A stretch of DNA of 64,000 nucleotides. Origin: Candidatus Hydrogenedentota bacterium. GTDB taxonomy: Bacteria > Hydrogenedentota > Hydrogenedentia > Hydrogenedentales > SLHB01. Numbering within the stretch: the first letter of the stretch is position 1; every line of letters begins with the position of its first letter. Positions 53,589 to 63,894 of the stretch are shown here, one piece after another. A program made the translations under genes and the position numbers. The notes beneath the pieces were generated by a model. It saw only the letters and a list, made by a program, of their open reading frames with translations, was not told the origin of the DNA and made no database searches. Location: positions 14,996 through 78,995 of the forward strand of contig JAWXCN010000098.1 of the NCBI GenBank assembly GCA_034408725.1, written 5' to 3'.

Positions 53589-54287
53589 GTGCCAGAACTG
53601 ATCGCGCAACTCGTCGACGTCCGCAAGGAATACATGATGGGCCTGGTGCTGGTGGAAGCGCTACGAGGGCTTTCACTGGATTTTCATCGCGGCGAATACA
53701 TCACCATCATGGGGCAGTCTGGTTGCGGCAAATCCACGCTGCTAAACCTGCTGGGCTGTTTGGACCGCCCGACGACAGGCCAATACCTGCTTGGCGGCGA
53801 AGACGTCTCCACACTTGAAGACGACGAGCTTTCCCAGATTCGCGGAATGCGCATCGGATTCGTATTCCAATCTTACAATCTCATCCAACAACTGAACGTG
53901 CTGGAGAACATTGAGGTGCCGTTGTATTACCAGGGCCGTCCGGAAGAGGAGAGCCGCGAGATCGCGGGGCGGCTTGCCGAACGCGTGGGCCTTGGTGATC
54001 GGATGCACCATCGTCCGTATGAACTCTCTGGTGGCCAACAACAGCGCGTGGCCGTGGCGCGCGCGCTGGCAAACGATCCTCTTATTATTCTTGCGGACGA
54101 ACCAACCGGCAACCTCGACTCCACGTCTGGTTCGGATATCCTCAACGTGTTTGACGAGCTGCACGGACAAGGCAAAACCTTAATCATGGTTACGCACTCG
54201 GACGAAGTATCGGAGCGGGCGCAACGCGTGATTCGGTTGCGCGACGGCAAGGTGGAGCGCGATGAGCGCCGCTGCAAAACCGCTTAA
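53589..54287 (+). CDS. MacB/LolD-type ABC ATPase (separate polypeptide)
   Basis: [46 protein letters not shown] start. Confidence 0.9.
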   Translation: MPELIAQLVDVRKEYMMGLVLVEALRGLSLDFHRGEYITIMGQSGCGKSTLLNLLGCLDRPTTGQYLLGGEDVSTLEDDELSQIRGMRIGFVFQSYNLIQQLNVLENIEVPLYYQGRPEEESREIAGRLAERVGLGDRMHHRPYELSGGQQQRVAVARALANDPLIILADEPTGNLDSTSGSDILNVFDELHGQGKTLIMVTHSDEVSERAQRVIRLRDGKVERDERRCKTA

Positions 54288-55638
54288 TACACGCGGACCG
54301 TTTCGCGTAGCGTCGGTCCAGCGATGGGTCCGCACCGTGCAACTCGGGATGAAAAGCCTGTGGCTGCGCAAGCTGCGGTCGCTGCTCACCGTATTGGGCA
54401 TTGTGTTCGGCGTGTGCTCGGTAATCGCGATGCTCGCAATCGGCGAAGGGTTGAGCTATGAAGCGCAGGAACAAATTCGCCGACTCGGCAGCAATAACAT
54501 CATCCTGCGGAGCGTGAAACCGCCCGAGGAGCGTCGGACGTCTTCGGAACAGTCTTACGTGGTCGAGTATGGATTGTCGTATAAAGATGTAGACCGGATA
54601 CGGGCGACAATTCCAAGCGTCGAAATACTGGTCCCCAGCCGCAACATTCGCAAGGACGTGTGGAGCGCGACGCGCCGGATCGATTGCGACATTGTAGGCA
54701 CCGTGCCCTGGTATCAGGAAATGCGCAACCACCGGGTCGAACGCGGGCGGTTTTTTACGGACGAGGAACTGGAACGCAGCGAAAATGTTTGTGTGTTGGG
54801 TAACGGCCTGCCCGAGGCCTTGTTTCCTATTGATGAAGCAATCGGCGGCAAGGTGCGCGTGGACGGCGATTACTACCGCGTCGTGGGCGTGATGGAACCG
54901 AAATCGCGCCAGGCGGTGTCATCCCAGGCGAACGCGAATGTCAACGGGCTAAACAATCCCGCGGGTCCCGCTCCGGGCACCGGTGCCGGCGTGGGCGCAC
55001 CATACGAAATGTACATCCCGCTGACAGCGGCGAAGAACCGTTTTGGCGAAACGCTGGTCGAGCGCACGAGCGGGTCGTTTTCCGCGGAACGTGTCGAACT
55101 CCACGAAGCCACGGTTAAGGTCAAAAATATAGAAGACGTGGTCGAAACCTGGCATATCATTTCGGATTTGATGAAGTCGAACCACAAGAAAATCGATTAT
55201 GAAATCATCGTTCCGCTGGACTTGCTGCGCCAGGCCGAACGTACGAAGCGCATTTTCACGATTGTGCTGGGCGCGATTGCCGCAATCTCGCTGCTAGTAG
55301 GCGGGATCGGGATCATGAACATCATGCTCGCCACCGTGACGGAGCGCACGCGAGAAATCGGGATTCGCCGCGCCTTGGGCGCGAAGCGAAAAGACATCAT
55401 CATGCAGTTCCTGGTCGAATGCGTTTTGCTCTCCGCCACCGGCGGCATTATCGGTGTTGCTCTCGGGCTAGCGATTCCGCAGGTAATTAGTTTCTTCGCC
55501 GAGCTCAAGACCATCGTTACATTCTGGTCACCATTCGTCGCATTCTCGATCTCCGCGCTCGTGGGTGTGGTATTCGGAATCTATCCGGCGATGCGCGCCG
55601 CGAACATGGACCCGGTCGAGGCGTTGCGGCACGAGTAG
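54262..55638 (+). CDS. MacB/FtsX-type ABC permease
   Basis: MacB_PCD periplasmic domain between TM1 and TM2. C-terminal FtsX block ([28 protein letters not shown]). The start overlaps the ATPase gene by 26 nt. Confidence 0.9.
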   Translation: MSAAAKPLNTRGPFRVASVQRWVRTVQLGMKSLWLRKLRSLLTVLGIVFGVCSVIAMLAIGEGLSYEAQEQIRRLGSNNIILRSVKPPEERRTSSEQSYVVEYGLSYKDVDRIRATIPSVEILVPSRNIRKDVWSATRRIDCDIVGTVPWYQEMRNHRVERGRFFTDEELERSENVCVLGNGLPEALFPIDEAIGGKVRVDGDYYRVVGVMEPKSRQAVSSQANANVNGLNNPAGPAPGTGAGVGAPYEMYIPLTAAKNRFGETLVERTSGSFSAERVELHEATVKVKNIEDVVETWHIISDLMKSNHKKIDYEIIVPLDLLRQAERTKRIFTIVLGAIAAISLLVGGIGIMNIMLATVTERTREIGIRRALGAKRKDIIMQFLVECVLLSATGGIIGVALGLAIPQVISFFAELKTIVTFWSPFVAFSISALVGVVFGIYPAMRAANMDPVEALRHE

Positions 55639-55641
55639 GAA

Positions 55642-56055
55642 TTAGCGCGCCGCGGGTTCGATGACGATTCCTTCCATCGCGCGCAACAATGCTTCCGGCC
55701 CGGGCGGTGAATAGACCGCAAGCAGGTTCATTGGGCCGATGCCGGTGTTCACGGTGGAATGAAAGACGTCCGGCGGAATGTGGACGAGCATTCCCGGAGT
55801 CACCTCGCGTTCGATTGGCACCCCGTTTATTTCCACCATCTGAAGTCCCCGGCCGCTGATGACGTAAAGTATCTCTTCAACGCCCGGATGATTGTGGCGC
55901 ACGTGCCCCTTGCCCGGCGCCAGTACGACGACGCCGGCGCTAAACCTTTGTGTGCCCGTGGTGCGCGGCTCCGACAGCCAGGATAGGCGGCCCCAATCAA
56001 ACACTTGGGTCTCGACGTCATCGGGTTCCAGAAATGTCTTGTTGTGGGATGGCAT
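55642..56055 (-). CDS. Cupin domain protein
   Basis: Cupin motifs GKGHVRHNHPGVEEILYV and GMLVHIPPDVFH. GAGGGG RBS before ATG 56055. Confidence 0.75.
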   Translation of the reverse strand: MPSHNKTFLEPDDVETQVFDWGRLSWLSEPRTTGTQRFSAGVVVLAPGKGHVRHNHPGVEEILYVISGRGLQMVEINGVPIEREVTPGMLVHIPPDVFHSTVNTGIGPMNLLAVYSPPGPEALLRAMEGIVIEPAAR

Positions 56056-56066
56056 AATTTCGCCCC

Positions 56067-57293
56067 TCAAGATTTTTGTGCAATCAGTTCCAACACCAAT
56101 GTTACCGCGCGTGACGCGAATTCAGCATCATTTATATTGGCGTCAACTTCGATCGCGGGGATTGCTGGATTGAGATGCAACTTAATCGCCGCGAACAGCG
56201 CCGCATCCGCGGCACGGTCGCAAAACTGTTGATCGTCGCCATCCAGAATGGATAGCCCGCGCAACGGCAGTAGAAACGCTACCGGCCCTTTGGCAGCATT
56301 CGCTTTTTCGGCAAATATTTTGCCGATGGCCGCGTTTTCTTCGGCATTCGTCCGCATGAGTGTCACCGATGGGTTCCATTCATAGAACATTCGGCCCGCA
56401 TCACGGTATTTCTGCGGCACGGTATTCGGCGCGCCAAAATTCACCATATCCACACAACCGGGAACAATCAGGTGCGGAATACCGTTTTCTCCGGGGGCAT
56501 TCAGTCTTTCGGGTCCCGCGCTGAAAATTCCGCCGCACAGTTCGTCGGCCCACTCCGTCGTCGTAATGTCGAGCACCGCTTCAATAAGCCCGTCGCGCAC
56601 CAGCGATTCCATCGTGCGGCCGCCCGTCCCGACGGCGTGAAACACGAGGACGTCGTACCCCCGTTCGCTCAATGCCGCGCTGCACGCTTTCACGCATTCC
56701 GTCGTGTTTCCGAACATGGACGCGGCGATGATCGGTTTGTCTTCTTTGGCCGGCGGTGGCCACACTTCAGTCATGCCGCAGATCGCGCCCGCTGCGCGCG
56801 AGATGATGATGTGGGACACTCGGTTGAGTCCCGCAACATCCACAACGGATGGGAACATGACAAGATCGGAAGTTCCGACATACGGCGAGACGTCACCGCC
56901 TGCCGCGGTAGATACACAAACCTTGGGCACGCCCAGGGGCAATGCGCGCATGGCGGCCGTAATGACAGACGTGCCACCGGTGCCGCCCATGCCGATCACG
57001 CCGTCAAACTTGCGCGCGGTAAAGAGCTCGCGCAAGACAATCGGCGCGCCAGCGGCCATGACTTTCATCGCATTGCCGCGATCGTTCGCGGAACGCAAAG
57101 TCTCGATATCGCTTCCGCCCGCCCGCGCGATTGTGTCGGCCTCGATGTCGACTTTGAATAAGGTGGTGCTGCCGAGCACGCCGATGTTCATCATCAGCAC
57201 CGGAAACCCGCGGCCCAACACGCGCTGGCGAAGAAACGCGAACTCTTCGCCTTTGGTGTCGAACGTCCCCATGATGAGAATGGTCTTGCCCAT
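56067..57293 (-). CDS. UPF0261 (Tm-1-like) ATP-binding protein
   Basis: MGKTILIMGTFDTKGEEFAFLR N-terminus and GMGGTGGTS block typical of UPF0261. 408 aa. Confidence 0.75.
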   Translation of the reverse strand: MGKTILIMGTFDTKGEEFAFLRQRVLGRGFPVLMMNIGVLGSTTLFKVDIEADTIARAGGSDIETLRSANDRGNAMKVMAAGAPIVLRELFTARKFDGVIGMGGTGGTSVITAAMRALPLGVPKVCVSTAAGGDVSPYVGTSDLVMFPSVVDVAGLNRVSHIIISRAAGAICGMTEVWPPPAKEDKPIIAASMFGNTTECVKACSAALSERGYDVLVFHAVGTGGRTMESLVRDGLIEAVLDITTTEWADELCGGIFSAGPERLNAPGENGIPHLIVPGCVDMVNFGAPNTVPQKYRDAGRMFYEWNPSVTLMRTNAEENAAIGKIFAEKANAAKGPVAFLLPLRGLSILDGDDQQFCDRAADAALFAAIKLHLNPAIPAIEVDANINDAEFASRAVTLVLELIAQKS

Positions 57294-57296
57294 CGA

Positions 57297-58094
57297 TCAG
57301 GGTTTCTCGAATACGCCGTGCCGGCCGGCGCCAGACGCAAACCGTTGCGCGCCCGCCAGGGATTCGGAATCGAGCGCGCGCATGCCGTGGCGGAATTCGT
57401 TGGCAAATGCTTCGGGAAGCGATAGATCGAATTGCTGGTATGCGGACAGGCGGTCGCCGCGCATGCACACCTGCGGGAACTGCGCGAGTTCGGACGCGAG
57501 GGACTCGGCGGCGCGTCGCGCGTCGCCCGCGGGAACGACGCGATTGACTAAGCCCATTGCGAGCGCTTCCTGCGCCTTTATCCCGCGTCCGGTTAGAATG
57601 AGATCGAGCGCGTGGCTCAGGCCAATCAAGCGCGGAAGTCTCACCGTGCCGCCATCGATGAGCGGCACGCCCCAACGGCGGCAGTACACGCCAAGCATTG
57701 CGGTTTCACCGGCGACTCGCAGATCGCACCATAAGGCAAGTTCGAGTCCTCCCGCCACCGCATGACCTTCAATAGCCGCAATGACGGGCTTCTTCAATAC
57801 GGTACGCGTCGGGCCCATCGGGCCGTCGCCGTCGGGTTCAAGACGGTTGATGGCGCCCTGCGCAATCGCTTTCAGGTCCGCGCCAGCGCAAAATTGCCCG
57901 TGGTCGCCATAGAGTACGCCAACCGAAGCGTGGTCGTCGCTGTCGAATTCCGCGAACGCATCGGAGAGCGCCTGCGCCGTTTCGCCGTCCACCGCATTGC
58001 GCCGGTCAGGACGCGACAGGACCACGGTCGTGACCGCGCCGTTCTTTTCCACCGTGACGGGCATGGGTTGTTGTTCCTGTGTCGCCTTACCCAC
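57297..58094 (-). CDS. Enoyl-CoA hydratase/isomerase (crotonase) family protein
   Basis: VVLSRPDRRNA. FCAGADLK oxyanion region. PVIAAIEGHAVAGGLELALWCDLRV. Start is GTG 58094 or ATG 58064. Confidence 0.85.
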   Translation of the reverse strand: MGKATQEQQPMPVTVEKNGAVTTVVLSRPDRRNAVDGETAQALSDAFAEFDSDDHASVGVLYGDHGQFCAGADLKAIAQGAINRLEPDGDGPMGPTRTVLKKPVIAAIEGHAVAGGLELALWCDLRVAGETAMLGVYCRRWGVPLIDGGTVRLPRLIGLSHALDLILTGRGIKAQEALAMGLVNRVVPAGDARRAAESLASELAQFPQVCMRGDRLSAYQQFDLSLPEAFANEFRHGMRALDSESLAGAQRFASGAGRHGVFEKP

Positions 58095-58175
58095 GCACTA
58101 TAGCATGGAGCGGCGCGGCGTATGCAGCGCTGTTGGTGACTGGAGCTTACGAAGAAAGGATGAATCGACGGGCTG

Positions 58176-58421
58176 TTAGACGGCATGCCGGCGTCGTACG
58201 GCAGGCACTTCATTTGCAGACAGGGGCATGATCATGGAAACGGGCACGGTCGCTATTTGAATCGAGTCTCCGATAGCGTTGAAGATTTCGAGTATACAAC
58301 CCTCTTCACCCCCCTGCGGGTGCGGGATATAATCGACCAAGGTGGCGACGTCGCCTTTTTTTAGACCGAGTTCATCGAGATCACGGCATAGTGCAATCTG
58401 CGCAAACAACTCAGGTTTCAT
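58176..58421 (-). CDS. DUF4926 domain protein
   Basis: LFAQIALCRDLDELGLKKGDVATLVDYI...ILEIFNAIGDSI matches the DUF4926 pattern. Lower GC. Confidence 0.6.
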   Translation of the reverse strand: MKPELFAQIALCRDLDELGLKKGDVATLVDYIPHPQGGEEGCILEIFNAIGDSIQIATVPVSMIMPLSANEVPAVRRRHAV

Positions 58422-58527
58422 TTTTAACCCTCCTTGCGCGGCTTTAGAGTAACAAAGTGTAGAGATGAGTCGGCTTTTAGCCGTATCCAGATAAGAGAGA
58501 CATTTAGCACCCGGCTATTTGGCCCCG

Positions 58528-58743
58528 TTATTGTACCATCTTGCCTGAAGAGTACGACATAGGCGTTTTTTGCTCTTCGATCATTTCGGCGTGATGCGAG
58601 AGGCGCCGAATCTCCGATTCCAGTTCGTGAGGCCGTTCCCGCGCAAAACCAGCCTGGGCCAAATATCGCGATTTGTCGCCACGTACTTGCTGAACAAGTA
58701 AGTAATCCGTCAACTTGCGCGGATCAATGATCGGTTCATCCAT
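58528..58743 (-). CDS. DUF6883-like protein (short)
   Basis: IIDPRKLTDYLL...GDKSRYLAQAGF matches the DUF6883 N-terminal pattern. It is usually found next to DUF4926 genes. Confidence 0.5.
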   Translation of the reverse strand: MDEPIIDPRKLTDYLLVQQVRGDKSRYLAQAGFARERPHELESEIRRLSHHAEMIEEQKTPMSYSSGKMVQ

Positions 58744-58818
58744 ATTGGCCTCGCGCAAGATTTATCGCTACAAGGGTTCGACGCTCTGAAAGCACTAGAA
58801 ACAAAGTTGTTTCCGTGA

Positions 58819-60822
58819 TTAGGAGTGCGTTTCGGGTCTGGATGCGAGCACGCGGTTCCGCAAATCTGCCAAATCATAGTATCGCAGCGCGCCGTGCACG
58901 ACATTGATGAATTGTTTGCGTTGTTCCGGCGTGTTCACGACGCTTACCCAAGAATCGAGGCCCTCGCTCTCCTGGACGCTGCCAATGAGCCCCGGTTCCA
59001 GCGCGGCGGCGTGAAGCGCTGCAACATTCGTTAGGCCGCGGGTTTTCAGCGCCGGTTTTTTCCCGTTGGCGGCGGGATGGTTCTGCAAGTAGCGCGCACA
59101 CACCAGAATGTCTTCAGCCCACATGGTTACGAAAGGCCGCGCAAGCTGGTATGCGAGCATGCTGGATTTGTAGCTGGGCCCGAAAAATTCTTCCCATTGC
59201 GCGCCGTGTGACCACGTTGACGCGGTTTCTCCGTTCCCGCGCAAATCGACTGCGAGCACGAGCGCGCCGGATTTAGCGAGTTCCGCGCATTCGGAACCCA
59301 CCGACGTCTTGCCTTCACCCGCAACGAACAGCACGGTCCCCTTCGTTTCACCATCCGGTACGTAGAACTGCGCTGGAAGTTTGATGCCCACCTCCGGCTC
59401 AATGACAACGCTCTCGACGCGGTAACCATCCTGCTGCGCTTTCGCGACGGAAAGAACCTCCGGCTGCGGCAAATCCGCCAGCGGGCGAATGCCCGTCAGT
59501 TCTCGCACCTTTGCCAGTACAGCCTCCGGCGTCTCATTCGACTGAAATGCTTCGCGAAGCTTCTGCTGCGCCACGGCTTCGTCGCGGTTGATGTCCCACA
59601 CCGACCGTTCGCCTTCCAACTTCAACACCTGCCCTTCCGGCGTCACCAATGCTTCTTCATCGGTCAACACGGTGATTTCCGGCTCCATGGTCGTGTCATC
59701 GACATTGAGCAACCACCGTTTCATCCACCGCACCATCGCCTGACGCAGCGGCGGCGTAAATCCGTGGTCCTCGTCGGCTTCCGCGATTTCCAGGCGTTCG
59801 GGGTAGCCAAGCCGCGTGTAAAAACGCTTCACGTCGCGGTAGGTATCCCATGTGCCGTCGATTGGAAAGAAGTCGCGCGTTGCGCAGCATACCAGCGTGG
59901 GCTTTGGCGCGCGGGCCATCAGGTAATCGCCGTGGTCCATGCCAAATGCAAGTTGCCCCGCGATGCACTGTTCGCCATCGTGCGGACCATCAATAAGAAT
60001 GAGGTCCTTCAACGACGTGATGTAACAACTCGGCGCGGAAACGGCTACACGATCGTCCAGCGCGGAGATGTAGGCAGTCAACGTGCCGCCGCCTGAGTTG
60101 CCCGTGCAGCCGATGCGATTGGGATCGACGTCCGGCCTGCTGCACAGGTAATCGATGCCGCGAATGCCGTCCCAGATGCGATAGGAAGCGACATTGAGCC
60201 CCAGCGGTATGCTCGATACCGTGACAAGGGTATGTTCGATGGTCGAGCCGTAGGTCTGTTTTCCGTCGGCGTCGAGCAGTTGCGCGCGTTCGCCCTGGCC
60301 AATCGGGTCGTAGCACAACGCCGCGATCCCGTTCACCGCAAGGAACGCGCACGCCCGCTGATATGCTTCGCCGGCTTTGCCATTCGCGTCGTGCCCACAG
60401 GGAAACAAAACAGCGGGATACGGCGGGTCGGTCTCCGGCAGGTACATCAGCGCTGTCACATGAAAATTCGGCCGGCTTTCAAAAATTACCTTCTCAATAC
60501 GGTAATCACCGCGATCCATCGTATCCATAATCTTCGCGTTCAGGGGCGTCTTCTCCGGCCACCCGCCCAACTGCCGCAAAAAGAAATCTCGAATCCGCTG
60601 CTTGTGCGCCGCGGCGTCTTCCTGCGTCTTAATTTTCTCGTAGGCCTCCGCGCGCCGGTCGAACGCCCGCACCATCTCTGCGCGCAGATAGGTTTCCATC
60701 ATCTGCGCCGGTTTGCCGGCTTCGGTGAGGACGGTTGGTTGCGCGTTTGCCAAACTAGCGCAAAAAATCAGCGCGAAAAAAATCGATCCGGCCGATCGAA
60801 CAGTTGAAAGAACACAGCTCAT
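58819..60822 (-). CDS. Secreted alpha/beta hydrolase (AXE1/dienelactone-hydrolase-like) with C-terminal extra domain
   Basis: Signal peptide FALIFCASLANA. Nucleophile elbow GCTGNSGGG. YPAVLFPCGH block. GGGGAG RBS before ATG 60822. Confidence 0.75.
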   Translation of the reverse strand: MSCVLSTVRSAGSIFFALIFCASLANAQPTVLTEAGKPAQMMETYLRAEMVRAFDRRAEAYEKIKTQEDAAAHKQRIRDFFLRQLGGWPEKTPLNAKIMDTMDRGDYRIEKVIFESRPNFHVTALMYLPETDPPYPAVLFPCGHDANGKAGEAYQRACAFLAVNGIAALCYDPIGQGERAQLLDADGKQTYGSTIEHTLVTVSSIPLGLNVASYRIWDGIRGIDYLCSRPDVDPNRIGCTGNSGGGTLTAYISALDDRVAVSAPSCYITSLKDLILIDGPHDGEQCIAGQLAFGMDHGDYLMARAPKPTLVCCATRDFFPIDGTWDTYRDVKRFYTRLGYPERLEIAEADEDHGFTPPLRQAMVRWMKRWLLNVDDTTMEPEITVLTDEEALVTPEGQVLKLEGERSVWDINRDEAVAQQKLREAFQSNETPEAVLAKVRELTGIRPLADLPQPEVLSVAKAQQDGYRVESVVIEPEVGIKLPAQFYVPDGETKGTVLFVAGEGKTSVGSECAELAKSGALVLAVDLRGNGETASTWSHGAQWEEFFGPSYKSSMLAYQLARPFVTMWAEDILVCARYLQNHPAANGKKPALKTRGLTNVAALHAAALEPGLIGSVQESEGLDSWVSVVNTPEQRKQFINVVHGALRYYDLADLRNRVLASRPETHS

Positions 60823-60873
60823 TGAATTCTCCCCGATCAAGTTGCCAGGAAAACAGAATTCAAACTAATCGGC

Positions 60874-61128
60874 TCAGGGAACGCTTATTGGAATGAGTAG
60901 AACGAATGGTGTTTCGTCATTTTCAATAAGTTTTTGTAAGGCGGGAGGAAGCGGCGCCCCTTCTTCGAGGTAACACTCCGCAAGCTTGCGTGATAGGTCC
61001 TGAGCAATATCTACTGCTTCTGTGACCGATCTCGCCTCGACAACCAGCCCGGGAACATCGGGGCTGGTTGCAAGATAGCCGCCTTCTTCGAGTGGCTCGA
61101 TGTGCAAACGGATTGTCGCTTCATTCAT
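60874..61128 (-). CDS. HicB-like/DUF1902-type antitoxin-fold protein (orphan)
   Basis: IHIEPLEEGGYLATSPDVPGLVVEARSVTEAVDIAQDLSRKLAE matches the HicB N-terminal fold pattern. No HicA gene nearby. Confidence 0.55.
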   Translation of the reverse strand: MNEATIRLHIEPLEEGGYLATSPDVPGLVVEARSVTEAVDIAQDLSRKLAECYLEEGAPLPPALQKLIENDETPFVLLIPISVP

Positions 61129-61147
61129 AGGGCCATTATTCCAGAAT

Positions 61148-62143
61148 CTACGCACTTCCCTCAAACAAATTCCGCCCCAACACCAACGCCCGTATTTTCC
61201 TGTCGGCGACACTGCGCTTGAGCATCCAGAAGCCGCAGTCGGGGTTGATGTACGTGACGCGGTCAGGGCCGAGGGCTTTGACCGCTTGGTCGATGCGTTT
61301 TGCGATTAGGTCGGGAGATTCGACTACGTTGGATTTAATGTCCACGACGCCTAGACCGATTTTTACCTTCGGGTCGATCTGCGCGAGATGTTCGAGTTCC
61401 CAACTCCCGCGGTGCGCGACTTCGATCAGCACGTGGTCTGCGTGCAGCCCGCTCAGAAAATTGATGAGATGTTTCCAGTCGCCTTTCTGAATCGTCTGAC
61501 CGCCATAATTGCCGAAGCATAGATGCACGGCGGGTGTGGCCGCTACGGCATCGAGCACCTTATTGATCGCGGGCAAGGCCCACGCAACATCTTCCGGATG
61601 GCCGGGGATGTTCGCCTCGTCGATTTGCACAATTTCGGCGTCAAGTTCCGCGACCTGCGCCGCGAGCACATCGGCGATGGCGTTGCACAGCGTGGCGCGG
61701 TCGTTGTAGTGCAAGTCGAGCAGGGTCTTGCTCAGCATGTGCGGACCGGTGACGGTGAATTTCATTTCCGATTTCGTCAGCGCGCGCGCGCGGTCGCAGT
61801 CGACGTGAAGGTTGAGGCGTCCCTCACCAATCGGTCCATCCACGACGCCCGCCGGTTTCGCGCGAAACGCCATCTGCTGGTCCTGCTGGAACTGTGCAAT
61901 ATCCGTGCGCGTAATCTGTGTCCGCACATTTTCCAACGGTCGCACGAAGTAGTCGATCATGCCATTGGTGTCGGGATGATTGATATCGAAGCGATAGAGC
62001 TCGCCGTCCGCGACGACGTCGATGCCCGCGTCTTCCTGTATTTTGAACACGACGCGGGTGGCGTCAATTACCGCCTGCTCGCTCGGCAACGCTGAAAGCC
62101 AATCGGGCACGGGGTAACTTCCGACAACGGTGGTTTCAATCAT
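61148..62143 (-). CDS. Stand-alone MetE C-terminal-domain-like (Meth_synt_2, COG0620) zinc methyltransferase
   Basis: VVGSYPVPDWL N-terminus. Zn ligand contexts VHLCFGNYGG (His-x-Cys), EVAH and YINPDCGFWML (Cys). 331 aa, one domain only. Confidence 0.75.
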   Translation of the reverse strand: MIETTVVGSYPVPDWLSALPSEQAVIDATRVVFKIQEDAGIDVVADGELYRFDINHPDTNGMIDYFVRPLENVRTQITRTDIAQFQQDQQMAFRAKPAGVVDGPIGEGRLNLHVDCDRARALTKSEMKFTVTGPHMLSKTLLDLHYNDRATLCNAIADVLAAQVAELDAEIVQIDEANIPGHPEDVAWALPAINKVLDAVAATPAVHLCFGNYGGQTIQKGDWKHLINFLSGLHADHVLIEVAHRGSWELEHLAQIDPKVKIGLGVVDIKSNVVESPDLIAKRIDQAVKALGPDRVTYINPDCGFWMLKRSVADRKIRALVLGRNLFEGSA

Positions 62144-62348
62144 TTCCAGCCCATCCCAAATGAAAGTTGCCCAGACCCGTCATCGTATCACGTCCTTCGC
62201 AGCTTCGCCGCTTCGGAAAACATACATCAGGCAAAATGGGAGGGCGAGCGTCCCCGCGAGCTTTGCGCGCATACGACGGTGATAAGCCATCCGAGCGCGC
62301 GAGGACGCGCGCCCCCCCGTCGTCGTTGTAGGGACACGTGAAGTTTCG

Positions 62349-63815
62349 CTATCCGAGCGATTCGTACTCCCAATCGCTCAATGGTGTCATGCTATCAAAA
62401 TCGGTGTCGATCCCCACGCCGAATCCAGATACATCCAAGGACCGCAGATCCAGCATCCCCTCGCGGATTCGCAACCGCGCGCTGTCGCGGAAGGATTCGT
62501 ACAAGCCGCCGTGAACGCGGAGACACGCGTCGAGTTCCGCCGGGGAGACATGGTCGAGAGTGCCGCAGTAATGGTGTCCGTTGCGTTCGACGTGGCTGAT
62601 GCCCAGCGCGCTCACCGCGCAGAGGTCTTGTTGCAGGGGGACAATCGGCTGGTTGCAGAGGTCTTCAGCGCTGAGGGTATACGCTTTTCCCAAGTCGCGC
62701 GTGTAGTGATCGACGAGCATGCGGTTCATCAATCCGTGGAACACGCCTTTGCAATTTTTAACGCTGACGCCGCGGTATCCCAGGCTTGCGGCGATTTTGA
62801 AGGAATCGAGTTGGTCGTCTGATTCGTCGATGATGACTGGTGGCAATTCGGTGGCCGCGGCGAGGCCGGCAACGCCGGTTTCCGACAAGGCCGCGCTACG
62901 TTCGATGGGTTGTTCGATGAAAAGGACTTTCGCCAACAGCGGCCGCATTGCTGCCACATCGGACACAGCGGCGTACCACGCGCGCAATTCTTCGACGGAC
63001 TGGAACTGTTCGTTGCCATCAAGCGTCAGGTGATAACCGTCCGGCAACGCGGCATCGAATAGTATCGCGAGGGCAACCAGGCGCGGCCGGTCGACCTCGA
63101 TGTTCGCACAAATCTTGACCTTGAAATAGCGCACACCCGCTTCGCGAATCCACGCTTCGACACTCTGCGGAATGCCATCGTTGAGACGTTCGTCCGCGGG
63201 AATGTCGCTGTCCAAAATGGGATCGCCGAGACCTACGGTATGCCGCACGGCAATCTCCGTCAAAGGCTCGCGGGGGAGTATCGATGGCAGATCGATCGCG
63301 CGCAGCTCATCGTGAACGGCGCCCGGATCGATTCCGAGCATGTTCTCCTTCAGCATCGCGAAATAACTCCGGTTCGCGGCCTTGCCCGCGGCATCGATCA
63401 GTGCGCGTTCGATGATCGAGGACCCGAATGATCCCGTCAGTCCGTTGAGCCCGACCAGTTGTGTGGCGTCCTGCGTGAGATCATAGGCTTCCCGCCAAAT
63501 GTCGAACGGCGGGCGGCATTCATTCGCCACGGCGAGGTACGCCTGCACCCCCGTCTTCGCCGCGAGTATGAGGTCGCTGATGTTGCGGCGGAATTCTTTG
63601 TCGGGGGCCTTGTCAAACCATTTCGGTGGGAGCATGTCCGCGCTCACGCCAATGAAGCTTTTCCCGTGCTCGTCCCGCGCGACAAGCTTTGTATGGAGCA
63701 GCGGCGCCGCAGTGAGGCAAGCTGTGCCGTACCTGAAAGGCAGACGCATGTAGACGTTGCGGACGTAAAACGACACCGATTCAATGGCAAGCTTAACCGG
63801 AGCGCCAGCACTCAT
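62349..63815 (-). CDS. Enolase-superfamily (mandelate racemase/muconate-lactonizing-like) enzyme, long form
   Basis: YFKVKI (KxK), LTLDGNEQF (Asp), LFIEQPIE (Glu), VIIDESDD (Asp) and VSVKNCKG. 488 aa. AAGGA RBS. Confidence 0.65.
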   Translation of the reverse strand: MSAGAPVKLAIESVSFYVRNVYMRLPFRYGTACLTAAPLLHTKLVARDEHGKSFIGVSADMLPPKWFDKAPDKEFRRNISDLILAAKTGVQAYLAVANECRPPFDIWREAYDLTQDATQLVGLNGLTGSFGSSIIERALIDAAGKAANRSYFAMLKENMLGIDPGAVHDELRAIDLPSILPREPLTEIAVRHTVGLGDPILDSDIPADERLNDGIPQSVEAWIREAGVRYFKVKICANIEVDRPRLVALAILFDAALPDGYHLTLDGNEQFQSVEELRAWYAAVSDVAAMRPLLAKVLFIEQPIERSAALSETGVAGLAAATELPPVIIDESDDQLDSFKIAASLGYRGVSVKNCKGVFHGLMNRMLVDHYTRDLGKAYTLSAEDLCNQPIVPLQQDLCAVSALGISHVERNGHHYCGTLDHVSPAELDACLRVHGGLYESFRDSARLRIREGMLDLRSLDVSGFGVGIDTDFDSMTPLSDWEYESLG

Positions 63816-63864
63816 TTTTCATCCTTTATACAACATATTGATAAAATATAGTCATTACATACAA

Positions 63865-63894
63865 TATATAGTATATGAAATAAATTCCTGTCAA
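63865..63894 (-). promoter_or_regulatory. Putative sigma70-type promoter in an AT-rich leader
   Basis: On the minus strand: TTGACA (63894-63889), 18-nt spacer, TATATA (63870-63865). The surrounding 63816-63900 is strikingly AT-rich with several ATATA palindromes. Confidence 0.35.

Noticed and set aside
62144-62348. Cobalamin or SAM riboswitch upstream of the MetE-like gene
   Set aside because: I could not find a B12-box or SAM-I/II core motifs. The structured part is explained by a degenerate family D repeat.
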